From: Thermodesulfobacteriota bacterium | GTDB lineage: Bacteria > Desulfobacterota > Desulfomonilia > UBA1062 | Reading direction: 5' to 3' | Assembly (NCBI GenBank): GCA_025454155.1 | Contig: JALOOZ010000009.1 | Location: 1 to 57,558, forward strand | DNA: 57,558 nt | In this document: positions 1 to 8,357 of the stretch, piece after piece | Position numbering within the stretch: position 1 is the stretch's first letter | Layout: the number at the start of each line of letters is the position of its first letter | The notes under the pieces: model-generated | Database searches by the model: none | Seen by the model: the letters and a program-made list of their open reading frames with translations, nothing else | What the model was told of the DNA's origin: nothing | Translations under genes and position numbers: made by a program

Positions 1-204
1 TACGGGACCTATGACGGTGCCGTAATCTTTTATGAGCCCATGATCTCCTCAGTGTTCCTTAAGGGCGTCAGAGATTACTCGGCGGAGATCAAGCAGCCCA
101 AGGCGTATGCAAAGAAGGGATATCACCCCAGTGCCTACAGGATCATGTACAAAGAAAATGAAGGGGAATATTGGATACTCCTTGATGGGCTTGTATTGCA
201 TTAA
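1..204 (+). CDS. 3' end of a CDS cut by the window edge; hypothetical protein
   Basis: Frame 1 is open from nt 1 to TAA at 202-204 (YGTYDGAVIFYEPMISSVFLKGVRDYSAEIKQPKAYAKKGYHPSAYRIMYKENEGEYWILLDGLVLH*). It is absent from the ORF track only because no start codon lies in the window. No family recognised. Confidence 0.45.
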   Translation, partial: YGTYDGAVIFYEPMISSVFLKGVRDYSAEIKQPKAYAKKGYHPSAYRIMYKENEGEYWILLDGLVLH

Positions 205-311
205 CTCTAAACCGAGAGCGGGGGTGACTCTACAGAAAAGAGGAGTGCACCCCTTGCTTCATTTGGAATCACCGAGAATTGTTCGGTCAGCATAGCATAT
301 AAGATGTCATG

Positions 312-375
312 TGGCATAGGTATCGAACCTAGACCTTCAGTTTTCAACCCACTCAAGACCGTGACGTTATCGCAG
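312..375 (+). repeat. 64-nt intergenic repeat, copy 1 (most diverged)
   Basis: TGGCATAG...GACGTTATCGCAG. It aligns without gaps to the copies at 3031-3094 and 6239-6302. The complementary strand carries a T-loop-like GGTTCGATACC. Confidence 0.6.
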
Positions 376-516
376 AGATCTCTACTTCAGTAAACTCAAT
401 TGACTAACATGCTTACATTCCTAAAAAACTTTGTTAATCCTCCATCCACCTTTGCATTAAGGAACCTTTAAGTTATTGTTAACCACAGTAATGAAAAATC
501 GTTATGGGAGTATTTT

Positions 517-2487
517 ATGAAACAAGAGACTATCGAACAGCTTGAGAAAGCGTTGTCCGATGCAGACATTCGTATCTCGGAATTGGAAAAGTCTCTTCAT
601 GAGCGGCGGGCTGAAGAGTTCCCGAAGGTGAGTGAAAATCGCTTTCGTTCCATCATCCAGAAATCTTTGGATATAATCATCATACTGGACCAGAACGGGA
701 TTATGATTTATGAGACCCCATCTTTGCAGAGCATCCTTGGTTACCAACCTGGTTATCTTATTGGTAAGTCACCATTTGAATTCATCCATCCTGCTGATCT
801 CGAAAGGGTTGCAAACGATCTAAGCGAAGTCTACCGGAAGATCAATCTTGGTGTACCTACCGAATTCCGAGTCCACAAACCAGATGGAACATGGGTTTAC
901 CTGGAGGCCATTGGGCAGAATCTCCTCGAAGATCCTGCAATCAGCGGCATCGTAATAACTGCTCGGGATATCACCGATCGCAAGAGTGCAGAGGAGGAAC
1001 TGAAGAAGCACCGTGATCATCTTGAAGAGCTTGTTCAAGAACGTACGGCAAAGCTTGAGGAGACCATTGAACAGCTGGGAAAGGAGGTCGAGGAGCGCAA
1101 CAGGGTGGAGAATATGTTGCGCAAGAGTGAAGAGATATTCGACATCCATTTTTCACTCAGCGATGATGTCATGTTCACGAATGATGAAGAATTCAGGTTC
1201 GTCAGTGTCACACCGAACGTGGAAAGGGTCCTCGGATACACGCCAGAGGAGTTGGTCGGAAAAACCTTCCAGGAGACGAGGGTACTCCATCCGAACGACA
1301 TGGGCAGAGCTTATGACAATGCTCAGAACGTGCTATCCGGAGGAGCGAGCCGCCATCCGGTTTACCGGTTCATTACAAAAGATGGGAAAACGATATTCGG
1401 CGAAATAAATGGTGTCCCTCTCATAAAGAAAGGACATGGATCCTCTTTGATCTCTGTGGCCAGAGATGTTACCCAGAGGGTGCTGGCAGAGGAAGAGTTG
1501 CTAAGATACAGTGATCACCTTGAGGAAATAGTCAAGCAACGCACGAATGAACTTTCAGAGAGTGAACAACGATTCCGTGACCTAACTGAGAACACGACCG
1601 ATTGGATCTGGGAATCGGATAACCAGATGCATACCATCTATTCCAGTCCCAGAGTTAAGGATGTTATTGGTTATTCACAAGAGGAAGTGCTCGGTAAGAC
1701 ACCTCTAGAGTTTCTATCATCAGAAGAAGCCTTACGAATACAAGCATCCTGGAATGAGGTGATACCCAATCTCCAACCCTGGCGAAACTTTGAATATAGT
1801 ATCATGCACAAAGATGGTTCGCTTCGGGTGATAGAGTCCAGTGGCATGCCGATATTTGACCACGATGGGCAGCATATCGGGTACAGGGGTATTGACCGTG
1901 ATGTGACAGAACGCAAGCGAGTGGAGGAAGAACTCAAGAAATACCGTGATCACCTTGAAGAGCAGGTAAATCACCGCACTGAAGATCTTGCAAGGGCATA
2001 TGAACAATTGAAACAGGAAAACGATATGCGAAAGGCTACAGAAATTGAATTAGAAAAACATAGGAAAGAGTTGGAAGAGATGAATGCTACCCTCAAGGTC
2101 CTGCTCCGGCAGAGAGATGGAGACAAGGCTGCCATGGAAATGAACATCTTATCGAACATAAAGACTTTTATCCTGCCTCACATCGAGAAGCTCGAGGCCA
2201 TGGACCAGAATGATAGCCAAAGGAATACAATATCCATGATAAGGTCACATCTGGAGGAAATCACATCGCCGTTCACAAGGAATATTTCATCTGAATATAT
2301 GGCGTTCTCGCCGGGTGAGATTCAGGTGGCATCGCTGATACGAGATGGCAAGAGTTCCAAGGAGATCGCCAGTATCTTGAACATCTCCCTAAATACTGTC
2401 CATACCTACCGATACAACATCAGGAGAAAGGCTGGTGTGAAAAATAATAAAGTAAATCTGAGATCATATCTAAAAGGCTTGGGATAG
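517..2487 (+). CDS. PAS-PAS-PAS / coiled-coil / LuxR-family HTH transcriptional regulator
   Basis: Three PAS-like blocks are each followed by a near-identical linker (EEELKKHRDHLEELVQERT, EEELLRYSDHLEEIVKQRT, EEELKKYRDHLEEQVNHRT). The C-terminus has a LuxR/FixJ-type HTH (SSKEIASILNISLNTVHTYRYNIRRKAG). Confidence 0.85.
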   Translation: MKQETIEQLEKALSDADIRISELEKSLHERRAEEFPKVSENRFRSIIQKSLDIIIILDQNGIMIYETPSLQSILGYQPGYLIGKSPFEFIHPADLERVANDLSEVYRKINLGVPTEFRVHKPDGTWVYLEAIGQNLLEDPAISGIVITARDITDRKSAEEELKKHRDHLEELVQERTAKLEETIEQLGKEVEERNRVENMLRKSEEIFDIHFSLSDDVMFTNDEEFRFVSVTPNVERVLGYTPEELVGKTFQETRVLHPNDMGRAYDNAQNVLSGGASRHPVYRFITKDGKTIFGEINGVPLIKKGHGSSLISVARDVTQRVLAEEELLRYSDHLEEIVKQRTNELSESEQRFRDLTENTTDWIWESDNQMHTIYSSPRVKDVIGYSQEEVLGKTPLEFLSSEEALRIQASWNEVIPNLQPWRNFEYSIMHKDGSLRVIESSGMPIFDHDGQHIGYRGIDRDVTERKRVEEELKKYRDHLEEQVNHRTEDLARAYEQLKQENDMRKATEIELEKHRKELEEMNATLKVLLRQRDGDKAAMEMNILSNIKTFILPHIEKLEAMDQNDSQRNTISMIRSHLEEITSPFTRNISSEYMAFSPGEIQVASLIRDGKSSKEIASILNISLNTVHTYRYNIRRKAGVKNNKVNLRSYLKGLG

Positions 2488-2680
2488 AAATCTTATTTAG
2501 AGATCTCGACAATAATAATTTACAATCTGAATTGACTATTCTAATTGCTGATGCATTGAAAATGATTTTCAAATTATTAGTATTCTGATAGAGCATTAGG
2601 CATAGTAACCAACTGAGACAAACATCAGGCGATTTTTATCAACCTTAGTAATCAAGAATGATTACAGAAGCGAGGTAGTT

Positions 2681-2920
2681 ATGGCAAAAAGAGGAAGAAA
2701 ACCCTTGGATCTGAGGAATGGTAATTATCCCACGAAGCTTATTAAAAGGAATTATTACATTGAAGAACGTCATGCAAAAGCCCTTACTGTCTTGTCTGCC
2801 TTAACAGGGAAAGAGCTTTCTCTCCTCGTGAATGAGGCAATCGGTGGACTGATCAGGAAATACCAACCGAAGACCGAGATCAACCTGCTCAAAATAGAAC
2901 AGATCACCAGTAAAGGTTAG
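2681..2920 (+). CDS. Small ribbon-helix-helix (CopG/Arc-like) DNA-binding protein, putative
   Basis: 79 aa with RBS GAGGT 6 nt upstream. A basic N-terminus is followed by a short strand and two helices (RNYYIEERHAKALTVLSALTGKELSLLVNEAIGGLIRKY). The assignment is by pattern only. Confidence 0.5.
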   Translation: MAKRGRKPLDLRNGNYPTKLIKRNYYIEERHAKALTVLSALTGKELSLLVNEAIGGLIRKYQPKTEINLLKIEQITSKG

Positions 2921-3030
2921 ATCAATTCCATTCAACCCAGCCTTCAGAAGTGTATATGAGGATTAAGAAAGCTCATGCCGAGAAGCATAGATCTCGTGCC
3001 AGTACACACGCTCCGATATTGAGTGCCTAT

Positions 3031-3094
3031 CTGCGTAGGTTTCAGCCCAAGATCATCAGTCTGGGAGCCTTCTGAAAACGCCCATCTATCGCAG
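3031..3094 (+). repeat. 64-nt intergenic repeat, copy 2
   Basis: CTGCGTAGGTTTCAGCCCAAGATCATCAGTCTGGGAGCCTTCTGAAAACGCCCATCTATCGCAG. The ends are complementary (CTGCGTAG / CTATCGCAG). Internal pairs GTTTCAG/CTGAAAAC and CCCAAGA/TCTGGG are also possible. Confidence 0.7.
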
Positions 3095-3241
3095 AAAGCA
3101 ACAGTTCAGGCAAAGAGGTAATCTTGAGTTAGAATCAAAGGTGGAGATCACTCAGGCCCACAACGTGATAAACGGCACGTTATCTCTACTTCCAACGGTG
3201 CAGATCAGCCGCGTCCTAGGGCCGACGGCCGGATTTGCTTG

Positions 3242-3679
3242 TTATGCCTTTTTGAATTTCATTTCGCCATTCTCTTTAAACTCAAACATTGGCCCCCAAG
3301 CAACTTCCCAGTAATAACCATCAAGGTCAGCGAAGTATCCACTAAATCCACCCCAGAAAGTTTCTTGTGGTTCTTTCACGACACGGGCACCAGCCGACTC
3401 AGCACGTCTTACTATGTTAACAACATCATCTTTGCTGCGAACATTGTGGGCAAGTGTGACTCCACTAAATCCACTACGAATAACTGGGACCTCAGGAGAG
3501 ATGTCCTCTGCAAGTTTCTCAAGCGGATAAAGAGAAATCCAAGTCCCTGGAAGCTCAATAAAGGTGACACCGTCATAGGAAGTGTTCGGAGGTGTACCAA
3601 GTACGACTTCATAGAATTTCGTTGCCTTGTTTAAATCGGATACACCAAGTGTTAGTAAAGTAACTCTTGGAATCTTCAT
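3242..3679 (-). CDS. VOC (glyoxalase/bleomycin-resistance/dioxygenase) family protein
   Basis: The start is moved to the internal ATG at 3679 (MKIPRVTLLTLGVSDLNKATKFYEVVLG...), which is preceded by GGAGGAAT. The N-terminus is typical of VOC proteins. The longer ORF-track start would overlap tag. Confidence 0.75.
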   Translation of the reverse strand: MKIPRVTLLTLGVSDLNKATKFYEVVLGTPPNTSYDGVTFIELPGTWISLYPLEKLAEDISPEVPVIRSGFSGVTLAHNVRSKDDVVNIVRRAESAGARVVKEPQETFWGGFSGYFADLDGYYWEVAWGPMFEFKENGEMKFKKA

Positions 3680-3717
3680 AATTCCTCCATGTTTTGTGAG
3701 ACGCATAACAGGCCCGG

Positions 3718-4335
3718 TCACCGGGAGCCAGGTTTATCGGTGATCCGGCGCACAGACTCGTTATGAATGCCTTTGTTCTTGAGTTTTTCGTGCCTGAAAC
3801 AACCTACGACATGATCGTTTACCATGCCGACTGCTTGCATGAAGGCATAACAGATTGTTGTCCCGACGAACTTGAATCCTCTTTTCCGCAAGTCTTTGCT
3901 CATGGCGTCAGACTCAGGAATGTTGGACGGAATATCCGCCATCTTTTCCCATGAATTCTGGATAGCTCTGCCATTAACGAATTGCCATATGTAACGGTCA
4001 AAACTTCCAAATTGTTCCTGAACCTGCAGGAACGATCCGGCATTTGTGATGGTCGCATTAATCTTTAGCCTGTTTCTAATGATCTCAGGATTGGCGAGTA
4101 ATCGGGAAACGTCATTTTGGGTGTATCGGGAGATTTTCCGGGCATCAAAATTGTCAAACGCTTTTCTATAACCATCCCGCTTTCTAAGGATGATGGACCA
4201 GCTCAGTCCTGCCTGAGCTCCTTCCAAGACAAGGAACTCGAACAGGCTTCTGTCATCGTGGATTGGTACGCCCCATTCATTATCATGATAGGATCGCTCA
4301 AGCTCGTTTTTATTGGCCCATTCACAACGTTTCAT
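3718..4335 (-). CDS. tag: DNA-3-methyladenine glycosylase I
   Basis: MKRCEWANKNELERSYHDNEWGVPIHDDRSLFEFLVLEGAQAGLSWSIILRKRDGYRKAF matches the highly conserved Tag N-terminal signature. Confidence 0.9.
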   Translation of the reverse strand: MKRCEWANKNELERSYHDNEWGVPIHDDRSLFEFLVLEGAQAGLSWSIILRKRDGYRKAFDNFDARKISRYTQNDVSRLLANPEIIRNRLKINATITNAGSFLQVQEQFGSFDRYIWQFVNGRAIQNSWEKMADIPSNIPESDAMSKDLRKRGFKFVGTTICYAFMQAVGMVNDHVVGCFRHEKLKNKGIHNESVRRITDKPGSR

Positions 4336-4391
4336 TGGTAATCCCCGCTTGACTCGATTGGATGCATAACAATTACTATCCCAAAAAAATA

Positions 4392-4445
4392 CTGCATAAC
4401 AGGATATTCATATGAAAGCATTTACAAAACGCCCATCTATCGCAG
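4392..4445 (+). repeat. Intergenic repeat, copy 3 (54 nt, internally shortened)
   Basis: CTGCATAACAGG...TTTACAAAACGCCCATCTATCGCAG. The 3' 22 nt are identical to copy 2 except at the flank. Confidence 0.65.
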
Positions 4446-4489
4446 GAATCAACGATTGAAATTAATTGGAATATACCCCCTTATATGTA

Positions 4490-4525
4490 AAGGAGGAACA
4501 GCCCTTTACGGAACCATTCCTCCTT
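4490..4525 (-). terminator. Hairpin downstream of the DUF1254/DUF1214 gene (terminator-like, no U-tract)
   Basis: A perfect 9-bp stem (AAGGAGGAA at 4490-4498, TTCCTCCTT at 4517-4525) with an 18-nt loop lies 23 nt past the stop at 4548. No T-run follows on the minus strand. Confidence 0.3.
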
Positions 4526-4547
4526 CAAACTGCACTGACTGACTCTC

Positions 4548-6083
4548 TTATTTCATCAGTTCTATCTCTCCCAGCCGCCAGGTCTTGTCAAACCACGCAT
4601 CAAGAGGGCCGTAGATCCGGAAGAGCATATTCCAGCCCTTGCCGGGGATGGTCTGAATCCAATTCTTCTCCATGCCGGCCGGCGCTTTAGGGCCGAAGTA
4701 CACGTCCACCGAATCGTCCTTGTTAACCACCAGACCCTTGTCCAGGCTGCTTACCTGGGGATAATCCTGGTCGGTCTGGAGCATGGAACGGGTCTGGTTG
4801 TCGTACACAATCGCCGACCAGAAATCTTTCGCCGGGACATTGGCCAGCACATGCAGGCGGTAGGTCTTGCCGCCGTCCAATGGATTGCCCTTTGAGTCCA
4901 CGATTCCGACGGCGTACTGGGAACCCTTGCCGACCATCTTCGCTTCCATGGCCGGCGTCACGCCGGTTGCATAGAAATAGAAGAAGGCTGCTGCATCCAG
5001 ATAGGCCACGCCGGGTTGCGACTGGAATTTGTAGCCGCCCAACCACTGCCGCCACGTGCTGTTGGGATAGTAGAAGGCTTCCGGAATCCGGCTCTGGTAA
5101 GTTATCGTTCGCACCGTGGCATCGCCTACCGCCGCCGCCTCGGTCAGAATCTTCTTCATCCGCGCGTCCGGAGCAAACGGCTTGCCCTTCTCGATGCCTA
5201 TCGACGCGTAGAATCCCAAAGTCACGGGGTCGCACGACTCTACGGGCTCGTTCTGAACGACGTAGTTGAGCAGTTCCCAGAACTTGTAATCCCCCGCCGC
5301 CACAGTACAAAAATCCCGGTTGGACACGTTGACGAACGTGTTGGCCGGCGGATTGGAGGCCTCCGCCAAGGAATAAATGTGCGTGTTTTTATGCAGACTC
5401 TCGATCGCGGGCTTGATGTCCCCTTTCACCGGCATGTTGCGCCAGACGAGGATGGACTCAAACGTTGGGACTCGCACGACCATGTATCCCTGCGGAACTT
5501 CGCCCTTATAGCCGGGAGGCAACAGTAGATATTTGCCGCCCTTGCCCTGGTCCGGGCCTACGATCCCGATGTCGGTGACGTAGCGGAACCAAAAGTCATC
5601 AATCATACCAAGGGTCATGGGGGGCACTTCGGCAACCAGCGGACCGCCATGCAGATCGATCCAGATCCACGTGTAGGGCGTAGTGGCGTTCGCCGTGAGA
5701 AAAATCGAGCGGGCATTCATATTAGCTTCAAACGTCGGGATCGTGATGTTCGCCAGACCAACTCCCAGCAACCCCTCGCGCAACCCGGCCATGTTCACCG
5801 GTGCCAACGCCAGCAGGTACGCCTGTACCGCCCGCTGAAAGTCCAGGTTGTCATAAATTTTATCCACGGTCGGTTTGTCCGGGAAGCCGTCGAAGAACCT
5901 CAGCGTGCCGAGGCGTGTATTCACCTTGTCCGGCGACTCGATACCCGGCGGAACCGTTGTGGTCATCTTCATTTTGGGCGATTTTGCCCAACTTGGTAGC
6001 ACAAAACTGACTATTATTATGGCCATGAGGACCACAATACTCACATATGTTCTTTGCAAAATGTTATTCCTCCTCATCATCAT
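4548..6083 (-). CDS. Secreted/membrane-anchored DUF1254 + DUF1214 domain protein
   Basis: The start is moved to MMMRRNNILQRTYVSIVVLMAIIIVSFVL (signal/anchor). The ORF-track N-terminal extension (6084-6293) runs through the intergenic repeat at 6239-6302. The two-domain DUF1254/DUF1214 call is from sequence-pattern memory. Confidence 0.7.
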   Translation of the reverse strand: MMMRRNNILQRTYVSIVVLMAIIIVSFVLPSWAKSPKMKMTTTVPPGIESPDKVNTRLGTLRFFDGFPDKPTVDKIYDNLDFQRAVQAYLLALAPVNMAGLREGLLGVGLANITIPTFEANMNARSIFLTANATTPYTWIWIDLHGGPLVAEVPPMTLGMIDDFWFRYVTDIGIVGPDQGKGGKYLLLPPGYKGEVPQGYMVVRVPTFESILVWRNMPVKGDIKPAIESLHKNTHIYSLAEASNPPANTFVNVSNRDFCTVAAGDYKFWELLNYVVQNEPVESCDPVTLGFYASIGIEKGKPFAPDARMKKILTEAAAVGDATVRTITYQSRIPEAFYYPNSTWRQWLGGYKFQSQPGVAYLDAAAFFYFYATGVTPAMEAKMVGKGSQYAVGIVDSKGNPLDGGKTYRLHVLANVPAKDFWSAIVYDNQTRSMLQTDQDYPQVSSLDKGLVVNKDDSVDVYFGPKAPAGMEKNWIQTIPGKGWNMLFRIYGPLDAWFDKTWRLGEIELMK

Positions 6084-6238
6084 CTGTCTCCTGTTATGAT
6101 AATGCTGTCTATCTGTAAGTAAAGAGTAATACAATTGATAATCGTCATAGTGTATCGTTATTAAGCCAGAGACACAATATGAATTGGGATTATTTAACAA
6201 GAGATCTCGTGCCACACATTCTGATGTAGAAGGATGAT

Positions 6239-6302
6239 CTGCATAGAGTCCGACACAAGATCTTCGGTTTTCAGACGCTCTGAAACCACCCATTTATCGC
6301 AG
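6239..6302 (+). repeat. 64-nt intergenic repeat, copy 4
   Basis: CTGCATAGAGTCCGACACAAGATCTTCGGTTTTCAGACGCTCTGAAACCACCCATTTATCGCAG. It contains a local hairpin (GGTTTTCAGA-CGC-TCTGAAACC). It shares an upstream 13-mer, AGATCTCGTGCCA (6202-6214), with copy 2 (2989-3001). Confidence 0.7.
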
Positions 6303-6560
6303 GGATCTATGGTTTGTACAAAAGCACCTATGGGATGAAGAAGGAAAAAAAGAACACATCTGTGAAGGAAATTACACGCTTGTCCACCAATTTACCCCCC
6401 CAACGGATGTAACTAATGAATATACATATCCTATACCAATGGCCTCCTGATTGCATATCCAGAGGTGTTGAGGTATGCAGGAGGGAACGGGGCTGAACAA
6501 GGGATCTACGCTATTCAACGAGTTCAGGCAAGACGATATCTCACGGAGGAGGAAGTACAG

Positions 6561-7745
6561 ATGAATATCTGGAAATATCTATCACTGGCACTAATTGGAT
6601 TCTTCGCCCTAACGTTGACATCCTGTGGAGGATCAAACAATGGTGGTGGAGGATCAAATAATGAAGGCGGAAGTACCGGACAACTCTCGTTGGAGCTTAC
6701 TGATGCACCAGGCGATTATAAGGCGGTTTATGTAACCATAACGGAGATTCAGGTCCATCGTGACGATGCGGAAGAAGGAACTTGGCAGACTATCCTGACC
6801 CCGAATGCCACCTATAATCTCCTGGACCTCAGGGATGGGAAAACTGCTCCTCTCGGTGTGGTAGACCTACCCATAGGAACCTACTCACAGATGCGCCTCA
6901 TCCTCGCCGAAACGGATGGTGACACCACCAAGAACATCCTGGGAGAAGATCACCCGCATGCAAACTATGTCATTGAAGACATTGACGGCTCCCCTTATCA
7001 TGAGCTTAAGGTTCCCAGTGGGTACACGTCAGGAATTAAACTCGTCCACAACTTTGAAATTGAATCCGATCGCCCAAGAGGTCTTATCCTTGACTTTGAT
7101 GCCAGTCGCTCTGTGGTAAAGGCTGGCAATAGTGGCAAATGGCTGCTCAAGCCAACTATAAAAATACTCGATACTGTGTATTTTGCCCTCTTGAACGGCC
7201 TCGTTACCACATCCACCGGTCCTGTTATCCCTGATGAACCTATTGGGGGAGCCACGGTAAGCGCTCAGGTATACAACGCCGATACACAAGAGGTTACCAT
7301 TGTTCAATCTACGGAGACGGGCATTGAAGAAGACAATGGAGGCGAGTACCAGATGTACCTGGAAGCCGGGGAGTACAATATCGTGGTTACTGCAGATGGT
7401 TTCAGCACTGCATGTAAACAGATAACAGTTGATTGGGATGATGACTACATATTAGAGGCATTCCGCTTGGCGCCTGCAATTATGCAGAAGATGACCATAG
7501 ATCTGACCCTGCCATTGGATTCTTTGGAAGAATCTGCAACTATCGAGTTCCGGCAGAATACGCTGGATTGTGGTGTTATAGCCGTCAAGAATGTGAATTA
7601 TATTGAAAGCGGTTTGTATCTTGATGATTTCAGCTTGCCTAGTGGCACCTATTCTGTTGTGGCCACCTATGCTGACGAGATCTTAACCGATACGGTTACA
7701 GTCCCGGGCGACAATACGATCTCACTCGATTTTACCAATCCCTAG
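6561..7745 (+). CDS. Lipoprotein, DUF4382-like N-terminal domain plus carboxypeptidase-regulatory-like beta domains
   Basis: The start is moved to the ATG at 6561 behind GGAGGAGGAAG. It has a lipobox (LALIGFFALTLTSC) and a Gly/Ser/Asn linker. LSLELTDAPGDYKAVYVTITEIQVH is typical of DUF4382. Confidence 0.75.
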   Translation: MNIWKYLSLALIGFFALTLTSCGGSNNGGGGSNNEGGSTGQLSLELTDAPGDYKAVYVTITEIQVHRDDAEEGTWQTILTPNATYNLLDLRDGKTAPLGVVDLPIGTYSQMRLILAETDGDTTKNILGEDHPHANYVIEDIDGSPYHELKVPSGYTSGIKLVHNFEIESDRPRGLILDFDASRSVVKAGNSGKWLLKPTIKILDTVYFALLNGLVTTSTGPVIPDEPIGGATVSAQVYNADTQEVTIVQSTETGIEEDNGGEYQMYLEAGEYNIVVTADGFSTACKQITVDWDDDYILEAFRLAPAIMQKMTIDLTLPLDSLEESATIEFRQNTLDCGVIAVKNVNYIESGLYLDDFSLPSGTYSVVATYADEILTDTVTVPGDNTISLDFTNP

Positions 7746-7765
7746 TGCTTTTTGGTTAAAATGAG

Positions 7766-7806
7766 AGAGGCATCCTGTCAGGTTGCATGATGGGATGCCT
7801 CTTTTT
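7766..7806 (+). terminator. Rho-independent terminator of the DUF4382 lipoprotein gene
   Basis: A 10-bp stem (AGAGGCATCC at 7766-7775, GGATGCCTCT at 7793-7802) is followed by TTTT. Confidence 0.8.
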
Positions 7807-7975
7807 ATTATCCGTCTTCTGTTAGCTATGGGTTAGCAGATCTTAATACAGAGCACCCGGACAACCAAGGCAAGCGTAGGCAAATCCTCATCTGTAAAAG
7901 AACACCACTTGAAAGGCGGTCTGCATGACTATATTGAACGAGCGGTCCACAAGGACCACTTACGTACCTCCTCTT

Positions 7976-8006
7976 GGGGAAGCTGCAATAGCTTCCTCCT
8001 TTTTTT
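7976..8006 (+). terminator. Orphan rho-independent terminator (no CDS upstream); possible 3' end of a small RNA
   Basis: A 9-bp stem (GGGGAAGCT at 7976-7984, AGCTTCCTC at 7990-7998, including one G-U pair) with a 5-nt loop is followed by a 7-T run at 8000-8006. It lies 170-200 nt after the previous terminator, and no credible ORF lies between them. Confidence 0.55.
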
Positions 8007-8357
8007 CCAAAGAAGAAGGAGGGATTTGACCCCACCACATTACAATGATCATATAATGCGCCTGGAAGCCCTCACATTCAAGCGATTATTCCCTGAAGTG
8101 CTGATAAATGATGGACTGGGCTATTGATAGGTCCTACCTGTTAATTCAACGAAATCAGACGAGGGGATAATAGGAAGGTTGACATCACCTCTCAACAGGT
8201 TGAAGACTTCATTATGAAGAGAGGAAGGTTACTGCAATATCTTCATCCTATGCAGAGCCGCTGGTTCAAGATAGTATATTCCACAGCAGATACAGGGTAT
8301 GTAATTAGGAATACCAATATTTTCTGACATTTCCTTTCAAATGGAAAGGAGAAATTC

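Noticed and set aside
107-295. Track ORF 107-295(+), 62 aa.
   Set aside because: It is out of frame with, and mostly inside, the better-supported frame-1 CDS tail that ends at 204. It has no RBS or motif.
312-375. Possible tRNA gene or fragment on the minus strand. GGTTCGATACC (T-loop-like) and TTGAAAA (a Phe-anticodon-loop-like heptamer) sit at roughly tRNA spacing.
   Set aside because: No acceptor, D or anticodon stems can be paired, the length is only 64 nt, and there is no CCA or discriminator context. The same unit at the other three loci lacks the T-loop. It is at best tRNA-derived and is not a functional tRNA.
2956-3075. A 39-aa basic ORF (MRIKKAHAEKHRSRASTHAPILSAYLRRFQPKIISLGAF) running into repeat copy 2. 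An RSRA(S)TH-coding stretch recurs near copy 4.
   Set aside because: It has no RBS. The recurrence is explained by nucleotide homology of the repeat flank (AGATCTCGTGCCA), and the copy-4 version has no start codon and an early stop.
3040-3080. A hammerhead-ribozyme-like CUGAUGA...GAAAC on the minus strand of repeat copy 2.
   Set aside because: CUGAUGA sits in a hairpin loop. No stem II hairpin lies between it and GAAA, and the motif is absent from the other copies.
4466-4690. Track ORF 4466-4690(+), 74 aa.
   Set aside because: It runs antisense into the 3' end of the DUF1254/DUF1214 gene, starts inside the terminator-like hairpin region, and has no family signal.
3031-6302. Integron attC sites or a CALIN array as the explanation for the 64-nt repeats.
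   Set aside because: The length and hairpin potential fit. However, I could not find the RYYYAAC and GTTRRRY core pairs at the ends, the flanking genes are in both orientations, and no intI is in the window. It is kept only as an alternative to test with a proper attC covariance model.
6084-6560. N-terminal extensions suggested by the ORF track for 4548-6293(-) and 6465-7745(+).
   Set aside because: The extensions cross the intergenic repeat and AT-rich DNA. Internal ATGs at 6083 and 6561 give proper signal or lipoprotein N-termini, and the 6561 ATG follows a strong GGAGGAGGAAG RBS.
8232-8255. CTGCAATA-N8-CTATGCAG, which resembles the two ends of the 64-nt repeat in inverted orientation with the interior deleted.
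   Set aside because: Only the 8-nt ends match. That is too short to distinguish from chance, so I did not count it as a copy.
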